A stretch of 64,000 nucleotides of DNA. Origin: Phoronis australis (Eukaryota > Animalia > Phoronida). The stretch covers positions 143,850-207,849 of the forward strand of contig NMRA01000312.1 in assembly GCA_002633005.1 (NCBI GenBank). The letters run 5' to 3'. The notes beneath the pieces were generated by a model. The model saw only the letters and a list, made by a program, of their open reading frames with translations, was not told the origin of the DNA and ran no database searches. Each line of letters begins with the position of its first letter. The stretch's first letter is position 1. Below, piece by piece: positions 54,396 to 64,000 of the stretch. The position numbers were made by a program, and so were the translations under genes.

Positions 54396-55609
54396 GCAAC
54401 AGGGGGCCATCATCCGGGAAGAGCGCAGCTACAGTCAAGAAAGTGGCCTTTTCATTCGCAGCTTGTTCACAAATACAAACAAACCACATTCACTTGGTCT
54501 ACATACAATACCTAACTAAAATGCCCCCAAGCCTGGCCTACCCCTAGATTTCAAAATTTTGGCACTGCAAATTAGCCGCCGTCGCAGCCTAACTGTTCAG
54601 TGCCACCATATGGCACGGCTGTTTCTATTGGTTGAAAAATAACGTTCAGACGTTGAGATGTTGAGAAATGCGCAAGTATAGTGCTCCACCTATTGAGGAA
54701 AGCTGGGTTGCGACTGCTGGAACGACAAAAACCGACACAAGTTCAGGTTTTGTGACACACTCAAGATACTACGGCGAGTAATAAAACAGCAAAACACGAT
54801 CCCAAAGATTATTCCGGATCGTTTCCATTACGTATCTTTTCGATGAAAGTCTAAACCGAGGCATGATCACTGATGTCCCTACACTCAGATTTCTGAGTGC
54901 GTGTCGCCGGTCAGCATGCATTTTCCGAAAATGCTACTCCATTCCAGAAATGACGCTGTATATTTGCAGATGACTGAAAAGCCGGAATAGCATGATTTCT
55001 TCAGGCGCAACGACTATTCATTATATCTACAACTTCACAAGATAGATTATGTGTCAATAATGTATCCGTCCGTGGCGATTATAAATTCAATTGAATTTCA
55101 ATGTTCTATGTGGATGGTTTACTCATTCTTTCAACTTAGTTGGTCCTCTGATTCAAATGTAGGCACGCTATTTTGTAATATCTCGTTGTATCTCGCTTAG
55201 CCATGAACTGCCGTGAACATAACGTGACGTAGGTTTGGTTGGTGACCGGTGTCCAATGAAATTGCTAGGTAGGAGAAAATGCCCAAGGGCCCAAACCAGA
55301 ATTATGCTCGTCTATTGTCAGAACTAAATGTATGGATATTGGGAAATTAATGTTGCCGATCATTTGGGATTCAAAGTGCGACCCGATACAACTTCTGTTT
55401 GTTGCGGCCTACCAGTGTAATCAATGTCAACTCCTAGTCCATGGAGTCATATGAGCGGTTTTGTTGTTACTGCAATCAATACACTAATCCCTTGAGAAAG
55501 TTTACCCCGGCAGATGTCTCTGCTTAATTTATTGATTTCGGACTTACTCCGGAGGGGAGGGGGTCACTGAGACATCACAAAGTTGGGTGTCCATGTTTTA
55601 ACTTGTTTT

Positions 55610-56900
55610 AATGAGAAACCGAACAAGCGTTATAATGTTAAAAAACTATAACGTTTCGCATCATTTCTAAAAGCACCACGAGATGGTAAAGTTGACAATC
55701 TTATCACAGGACTACCAAGTTGACAATCTTATCACATGACTACCAAGTTAAAACTGAGTGAGAACACTGATTTTCCTTTACAACAGTTGTAGGATGAATG
55801 AAGATACTGCTCGATTCAGCGACTCCTTTGCTTACAACTTTTATGAGCCACCAAAAGGTAATTGCCATTTACAGTTGCCAACGGCGAGAGAAAATTCAAA
55901 TTGCTCCTAGACAACATTTTTGATTTTCACTCCAGTAAAGTTGACCTATTTTCTCAATTCATGAACTCACGACATCCAACCATAAATTTTACTGATGAAA
56001 TAGAAAAATATTCTAATTTGCCATTTCTAGATGGTGTTGCGCGATGAGTAAATTGTAATATTATGACACCCGTTTATTGTAAACATTTTCTGGTCTTTAC
56101 ATGAAATTTGATAACTTTATTGTACTTTTACAGTATAATAACGGATTAGTGACTTGATTGATGTAGGTACTATGCACGCAAAATCTGTTTGACTGACCTC
56201 GCCTTTATTACAGATCTGGCTATTGTTTTTATTTTCCTCAGAGCTGATGGCGACCCACAAATTTTCCTTGAAAGTTGCAAACAAAATTTGTTGTTTTTTT
56301 GACAAATTGGGTAGAGTAGCGCTGGTCCTAGAAACGGATCCTGAAAAGGGAAAGGTCTACCTTTTGGTAAGTCAATACGTCAATTAACTCGATTAATGAA
56401 GAACGTTAACCCTAACTTTAGACTTATGATCCTTTTCAAATATATATGTAAACTATCAAACATTCTCAGTCATTTGGCATCTCCCATACTATAATCGTAC
56501 AAAAGTAGTGTTTCTAGAATTGATTGTGAAAACTGCAGTGAAATTTTCACAGTCTTAACTCAACGATGGTTGGGAGAGCGGTTTGCTGAGCACCATTCAT
56601 GTGAGACATTCATTATGTATAGGCATTGCGTACCAAACCAGCACTGATGAGGCCAACTCCCCGAACTCTAACTGTAGAGCACAACTAAGGAAAGTTGTAT
56701 TTAGATAAAGAAGTCATTGATATTTAGGAGGCTGAATCAGCAGATATCTCCATTCAATATACAACTGTGGCAGAAAATCTGTGCTCCCACTCAGTTGTAA
56801 CGAGGTTGTCCTGCTATAAAGTTGTGAGATTAACCATCTGAATATTTGCTTTGAGAAATAAAGCGAAGCGTTGTGGATCGGAGTCCTTCATTACAACGCT
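55610..56900 (+). mobile_element. Decayed Penelope-like element (RT C-terminus plus GIY-YIG) with an inverted 5' pLTR and a direct 3' pLTR
   Basis: Encodes FSQFMNSRHPTINFTDEIEKYSNLPFLD, FSGLYMKFDNFI and IDCENCSEIFTVLTQRWLGERFAEH; 55646-55710 is the reverse complement of ~56812-56876. Confidence 0.8.
55689..55749. repeat. 28-bp tandem duplication
   Basis: AAGTTGACAATCTTATCACA[G/T]GACTACC x2. Confidence 0.9.
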
Positions 56901-58206
56901 TTCTCGTTACAATACGGACAAAGACTGATGTTTTTCAGAAACATATTTTAACACTAGACTTCAAAATTTCCTCAAGCCTGTGTACGTGAGTCTCCGAACC
57001 CCACTCTTTCGATCTTTACAAACAAACATGACTCGAATACCGTCAACTTTTCCAAACCTGTACTCTTAGACTATCCGACAAAGCGAATGATCTTCCAGAA
57101 TATGGGTCATAGAAAGTGACATTTTAAAACGATTGCACCTCCCGGAAGTGGATGAGAACAACAAACGCCATTTTAAGTATTCAGAGATGATGCTATTTCT
57201 TCTCTGCTTCACAGTCCGCGGGGGATCCTTACGTGTCTTCTATAGCCTCAGAAGAGTAATTTTGACAGTCTTTTTGCATGTACCCTATTAAGTGAAATTC
57301 CCAAAAATACTCCCACGAGTCGAAATGGTACCGTGAACGCGTGACACGTGCAACGTGGTCAGGCCTATAAAATAACCCTTTCACTTAAAATTTTTCTGAA
57401 ACATGGGTACACCGGCAAATTTGTGGTGCGGCTGCCCCCCGGACGTTCTTCGCCACAAATCCACTTAGCTGTTCTTTCAATAACGCTCATTTGTAGCAAA
57501 CCTCAAACTAGCATGGATCGTTTAATATAAAAACACAATATCTCATGCGGAAAGTCGTCTAAGCAAATACCTTTATTGAGTCATGCGTGAACTGCGTGTT
57601 CTTTACAGACATGTGCGTTTGTTCACAGAGCCATAATAGTTCCACGAATTGCTAAAACGTGTTGTATGGGAGCAAAGCTTTGCGAATGGGAAGCGACTCG
57701 CCATTCCGCGTCCTCATTGTGGACGTTAACTTAGATATCAGTAACATAAACAAAAACAGTCAAATATAAGAATGAATCTGTCGATGCAAGCTGCAGACCG
57801 CAAACTACTGTGGTGTAATGTACTGCGGAAGTTGGGTGGAGCTTGATTTGTTATCGCCAGCAGTGATATGACTCGCCAAGTTGACTGGTTGAATTTCCCA
57901 AAAGACTCTCATATTATATGGACTAGCAATAAATAGAAAGTCAATGCAATTGAAACAGTTAATAAATCCCACAAGATGCCATCGAATTCAGTTAAAATCA
58001 CTCAGGTCACCTCGCTTAGCATTGGGCGCATGCGGTGAAATGAAAAACTGATATCTGAAAATGAATTCTTTTTCAACTGTGAATATCATGGTCACACATA
58101 GCAATGGGAGGGGGTGGGGTAGAGGGTGAGAAGCATCCGTATCGAGGGAAGGAGGCAATTGTATTCCTGAGTACGTGAGTGGCACCCCGACAGAGAAAGT
58201 GTGGGA

Positions 58207-58320
58207 AATGGATATTCTACCAACCAGCGCACCGATATCAGAGCAGTGAAGGTAGGGGAACCAATGGATATTCTACCAACCAGCGCACCGATATCAGAGC
58301 AGTGAAGGTAGGGGAACCAA
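58207..58320. repeat. 56-bp perfect tandem duplication
   Basis: AATGGATATTCTACCAACCAGCGCACCGATATCAGAGCAGTGAAGGTAGGGGAACC x2. Confidence 0.95.
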
Positions 58321-60122
58321 ACAATATTTTAAGTTCGTCCTGGATCATCACATCCTCAAAATTACAAGTAAAAACGTGTTATTGAAGATATACGGTGAGA
58401 CTTCTGGCACTTTCGATGCCCAGGCAGGCAAAGTACAGGGGCTTGACTTTATCTTAACGAAAAATTCGTGCACGAAAATAGTGTAGTGTTGTTTAATGTG
58501 GACAAACATTTATTGATCAGTGAAATGCAATTTGCCACTGAACTTAAAGAAAAAGTGGGTGACTTAGTCAGGTTGACCCGGGTATTGCCACAATGGTGAC
58601 CACGAGAGTATTTCGTTGATCAACTATCTTGCGAGAAAGGTAATTATCTCGCAAGACTTCGTAAAATTACACGAATGAAAACCGATGGCTTTGGGGGTAT
58701 ACTCGCAGTGACTAGGCGGCTAGGTTGAATTATTTACTATGGGATCACTGCTTCAAGTTCCGTTCCACAAGCAGATATTTGCGCCTCAAGGGCAATCTAA
58801 ACCCGGTCTTCACACCGTGGTCATACAAGTTTGAATTCGGTTACCAACAATTTTGGTATTATAGTTTAAGTATTAAGTATTTCTTCTTCAATTTGTTTAC
58901 TTTTAATCAGTAAATAATTTTTTTGTAACGTCATCAGTGGATCCGGTCTCCATCATTGTATTATTCTACACCAGCCGCGAGCCGAAATGGTCTCGAAAAC
59001 AGAGTTCTATTGAGTATTATGAAAAGTTGCATGCGCGGAAGATACGTAACGGGAATCGAACAGTTTTTGCATTTCCAAAAATCCATAATATCACCCAGAA
59101 ATGGCACAGGTTCTTGCTTGGAGCAATCGAAGTTCAGGAGCCACGATGCGCTCAGCTCATTATAAAGAATCGTGCTCCGATCTGTCGCAGAAATGGAGAT
59201 TTGACGAAGGTTTCTCCAACGTGTAAGTGCATTTGATGGAGGAAGGTTTTGCATCATTGCTGGGAAAGTAGTTGTCAGGCACATGTTGAGTATGAGCTCA
59301 GGGAGTAATATATTGGTCTTAGGTATGAGCCTCGACAGCATCAAAGTGTGACTGAGACAATGACTGTGGCTGCATTAAATTTACATCAGTGTATTATTGT
59401 TCAAGATGCTGTGGGAATGCATGCTACCCACACTTACGTTCAATGCCCAATAGTAGAAAATGGGATGTACATGCCATGCCATGTAAATAGTTTGACGAGA
59501 CCATGACAGCAGCCGGCACAGAGGCTGCGAGCGGACACTGGACCGAAACAATTTTGAATCTCAACAATACAAAATTAAGGTTTCACAATTTTGGAACATA
59601 TGTATGAAATAAATGAGTATCAATTACCAGAAGTAAAATCCAGTTAACCTCACAATATTTAGATATGGTCGTTCCTGATAAACGCATTCGGCATTCGAAG
59701 AAATGAAATCAGTGCCCGCTATTCGTGACCGGGCTTCGATAGTTCGGGTAAAAACTTCGGTTAGATTTGTAGGTCTCGACACTCAAGTGTTTAGAAAATT
59801 TTAATTCATGATTAAGTAAAAGGATTTAATTGCCACTCTGAAACCAGGACTGTCCGCACACTGAGTAGGCTTTAACTCGGCTTTATTCGCCCAAGACGCC
59901 GGTGCTGGAAGGTTGAATTCGTATGGCCTTAAACACGCAAAGTCTTCCGATACGGCGAGGTCTAACCCATTACCTGTTTCACTAATCCCCTGAGTGTCCT
60001 CTTCACCCCATCTCTATGTCTGTCTGCAAGCTCGTTCTCTAAGTCTTCGTAACTTACCAAATCACTACTACCCGCCATTACATGGATTGTGAGCTGATCA
60101 ACGTCTACCCACTGGTGACATC

Positions 60123-60736
60123 AAGTGTCGGGAAACCAAAAAATCATTATTTTTCTTTAGAATTCGAAATTCCTCAATCAATTCCAAAAATAAGTGCTTA
60201 TTTAGCTATATTTTGCCTAAAACTTCAAAAAGTGCAAAACCCATTGTAGGAACGCTTTAATGTCTTGCAGTATACGGAATTCAAACCCGATCTGCGCTCG
60301 GAAAGCCCAAGAAACTTGCGAAACCGCGAGATCACACGTGACCACTTTAGGCTTCTTCACGAAATTCATGCGTCTGTGCAAAGCAACGCAGTTCCAGAAA
60401 GAGACTTCGCTCTCACGNAAGTGTCGGGAAACCAAAAAATCATTATTTTTCTTTAGAATTCGAAATTCCTCAATCAATTCCAAAAATAAGTGCTTATTTA
60501 GCTATATTTTGCGTTATCAAATCGTTATATACGGCCTAAAACTTCAAAAAGTGCAAAACCCATTGTAGGAACGCTTTAATGTCTTGCAGTATACGGAATT
60601 CAAACCCGATCTGCGCTCGGAAAGCCCAAGAAACTTGCGAAACCGCGAGATCACACGTGACCACTTTAGGCTTCTTCACGAAATTCATGCGTCTGTGCAA
60701 AGCAACGCAGTTCCAGAAAGAGACTTCGCTCTCACG
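60123..60736. other. ~300-bp duplication across an assembly gap (probable allelic overlap artefact)
   Basis: 60123-60417 and 60419-60736 are identical except for a 23-bp indel, and are separated only by the N at 60418. Confidence 0.85.
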
Positions 60737-63374
60737 TGAATAGAAAATAACCATGACAACGCATGTGCTGGGTTCATGAGGCTGGTCATTCTTTGACTGT
60801 GAGCTCTCGGATACGAAGTACAGTTCTCAATGGCTGTGCCCATTTCACTCAGGGACTTGTTGCCTTTCTTACACTCTGTCCGAAACTCTAAGAACAAAAT
60901 GAAAAGTTTTGAGTCCTTTCACATCAAAACTGCTGTACATAACCACAGATTTTTTGGCCCTTTAAAGTTCTGCTCTCACACGTTGTTAACCCTTATTACA
61001 TGGTTAGAGGATGTTATAGGGATCCAAGAAGTACCTACCCCATAACTAATACACGGTCCGTACTCGAAAAAAGTTTAAATGAACGCGCCACTCACGATTC
61101 GCACCCGAAGAACCACTGCCATTTTGAACTTGCCGCGAACCCGGAAGTACAATTCATTCAGGAACCCAGGCCGAGAAAACGCCGTCAGTGCAACTGGAGC
61201 AGTGCCTGTACTGTTACCAGCCAGCAAACGGGGATAAAATAATCGACAGCGCGCCTTAATTTTAATAAAATCAAACTACGGACAATTTTATCGAATTTGC
61301 TGAAGAAATGTAGCGAATAAATTTTGACAGAAATTATTTTGCCAGACTCGGGACCGCAGCCTAACGGACCCGGTGCGGATCGAGACCAGACACTGGCGAA
61401 CGGTAAATGCATGCGGTTGCAAGCTGTTTTGTCGAAGTAAAATGGTCAAATCATAAATGCTGCATATATTCAAGGGTAGTTTCAGACACTTGCATGGGAG
61501 CTGGTTAGTCCTGTGTCACACTGCCGCGGCAGACCTTAGTTAGCCTCAGTGACCAGCTACCAGTGAAGACTATCGTCAAAATACAGCTTGTTAGTAGGCC
61601 ACATACAGCTTTGCACCAAGGCTACCCTTAGGCCTAACTGGTCGCTGGCCACAGCGCTCGCTCAAACGAGGTTTGTTTAGAACTTGGGTACTTCTGGCGA
61701 ACTGTGCAAAGTTGTTGGCTTTCAATAGAGATTTTCCCAAACTTTGTATGAGCGCAACAAGCCTAAAAGAATAGGGGTGGGATGTCTATCTTTTACTATA
61801 AGATTCAGTGGGTATGTTCAGAGCTATGAATTGCAGACTCTAAATTGCTTGAAGCTTCACAATCCAACATAGCTTATTTCTCAAATTAAGATTATTCATA
61901 TTGTTGACTTGATAACCTGAATTAAGAAGCAATAAGTTACAAAACATGACTTGAAAGCAATTGAGACTTAAAATTTAGAAAAATATGAATCATTTTGCGA
62001 CACCGAATCAAGTCTTGAACAGTAGTTGACAGTCAAACAAAAAACCATTTCAAAATTATTTCAACTATTTTTTTAGCTTAGTGTAAGATCACATGAATGG
62101 GAAATTTACAGTAAAATAATTCGAATATATCTTATATTTTTGCACAAAAAACACGAAAATTGAACAAAGTTTCTTTTTTGTAGCAACGTTTGTCAAAATG
62201 TATCAACGTTAAATCTTCACAAATTACAAAGTTGCCGATTGAACATGCCTTTCAGTTCAGCCAAAGTCGCCATGTTGTCGGTGCCGCCAGAAATGAGACG
62301 AAGTCCAACGGGAATTGTGAGCACATTTATCACTTAATGAATAACAACTGCGAGGCTGAAATTTGGTGAACACTGTTAAATCGTGCAGAATAGTAAGTAA
62401 AGATATGTATAACTAAATTTCACCGTAATTTGTTGGCGAAAACAATTTACACAAAGTTTTAAACTCGTAACTTATCCCGCTGTGCTCCAATATGGCCGAC
62501 GCGATCCAAACAAAGTGACACAAATTTCGCCACAAAACTTGCAATAACTTTACACTGATTGCCCCGATTTTGATACTTTTACTGAGTAGAATGTACTACC
62601 TTTCCGATGATAGCAAAGTACGTTTTCAAAACGAGAAAAAAAATAAAACCGAAAAAAAATTGGTTCGACCCATATTGGTTCCTAGGTTCGACCGTCCTAC
62701 GTAAGGAACTAAACACCAATGCTATTTTAACATACTAAGTACGCAACATTCCAAAAAAATCAACGACCACTAACTACAAACTATAAATACACTACATATG
62801 CAAACGAATCAAGAGATATTACTAATAAAACAAAATAATGAAGACTTTTCGAGCAAGCCCTAGCACATTCAGTTACAAGGAAAAATGGCGGCTTTCAGGG
62901 CAAGTTCCTGAACTGATGAGCCGGAAATGTGGGTACGGAAATAACCGATGACAGCCGGTAATTATACGCTCACAGAGAAGGGTCAAATACTGTTAAAAAT
63001 CGCTTTTGGCAAGAAAGGCGAAAAGAATATAAAGAAAGGGTGTCGAAAATAAGAATTTATGTAGTAAGTATTTTAGGATACTGGAACCACATGGGCAGTT
63101 TGAGAGCAGGACTTTAACTTCCACCTAAATAGCCCAGAAAATGATGCCAAAAATGCAAAGTTGGCAAGTTTTCATACCCAAACTAACACTTCCCGGTCAA
63201 TGATAAACATAAGCCAACTCTAGACTCTGAAAGCAAATTTCCAACACATTTCAAAAATGTGACCCAAAAGTTCAATCATCCAACTAGATTTTTTAAAATT
63301 CTTGATTGTTTGAGGGTTACCTAAAATCGCAGCAATTTCTTAGTCGCTATGCAGAAACGCATAAATGATTATAG

Positions 63375-63785
63375 GTAGACAGTGGTCACCGTCTCTAACT
63401 GGCCCCAGTAGAGACGGTGAAACTATAGGAGCTTCAGACGCCGAATTATGCCTTACACTGATTAAAACATCAAAGACACGTTGTTATTAGTACCTTTTAC
63501 CCAGAGGGTCACCTTAGGAGACCGTCTATATCTTTAATAGTTTCCAGCTCGAACAAATACTCCCCGCGTAATCAAACTTTTTCTTCGAGCAGTCTTTCGT
63601 TCAATTACCCAAATCGGCAACTCGCCATGTTTAATACTGCCTGCGTTCCTACCAGGCGCGGTAAAATAAGATCGCAAAAGGTACTTATAACAACGTGATT
63701 TGATGTTTTAATCAGTGTGAGGCACAATTTTCGGGAAAGCTTCCGTCTCTACTGTGGCCAGCTAGACACGGTAGTCACTGTCTAC
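63375..63785. mobile_element. Palindromic MITE with long inverted arms
   Basis: GTAGACAGTG...GGCCCCAGTAGAGACGG...CACTGATTAAAACATCAAA is mirrored at the right end; same family as 9578-10077. Confidence 0.8.
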
Positions 63786-64000
63786 GCTACACATGTAGGT
63801 GGCTTGATCCTGAAAAAATCATGTACAGCCGAACTAGTGAGCTTTTCTCATTCTCATTCTCAAAAAAAATCATTTTTTTACCTAAACATCATTCAACAAA
63901 GAATGGACTCACCGGAGACAGCCCAAGAGTTGTTATCTCTGCGGCGAAGGATGTTAAAGTTGAGTCTCCGATGAGTTGCTAGCAGTCACTGGTACGGTGC

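Noticed and set aside
56644-56668. CTGATGAGGCC...CCGAAC hammerhead-like string
   Set aside because: It lies inside the decayed GIY-YIG coding region, stem II does not pair properly, and there is no GAAA.
58961-59344. 127-aa minus-strand ORF with DFWKCKNC (RanBP2/MDM2 zinc-finger-like)
   Set aside because: The second CxxC pair is absent, and there is no supporting splice structure or other family motif.
60123-60736. Apparent recent segmental duplication
   Set aside because: The copies meet exactly at an N and differ only by one indel, which is typical of unmerged haplotype overlap.

Overview
This is AT-rich, intron-containing animal genomic DNA, probably from a marine invertebrate (inferred from intron phases and repeat types). 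It comes from a draft assembly with single-N gaps at 13345, 32822 and 60418. The left 28 kb holds a head-to-head gene pair sharing a 367-bp intergenic promoter. TSEN34 (tRNA-splicing endonuclease subunit) is on the minus strand, has 6 exons and is complete at 299 aa. MCM3 (replicative helicase subunit) is on the plus strand with 17 visible exons; one early exon is missing and probably lies in the gap between two large minisatellite arrays. The right 36 kb contains no gene I can confidently call. It is CpG-rich and holds many MITEs (Harbinger-like with CWG target duplications, CA-ended with 5-bp duplications, TTAA/Kolobok-like), Penelope-like retroelement relics with decayed hammerhead ribozymes, and minisatellites. 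I found no clearly new biological system. The most interesting signals are tandem repeats that copy splice donors or the stop codon of both genes, a dyad-symmetric bidirectional promoter, reconstructable hammerhead relics, a sharp CpG (methylation-footprint) boundary, and a few orphan exon-like segments.
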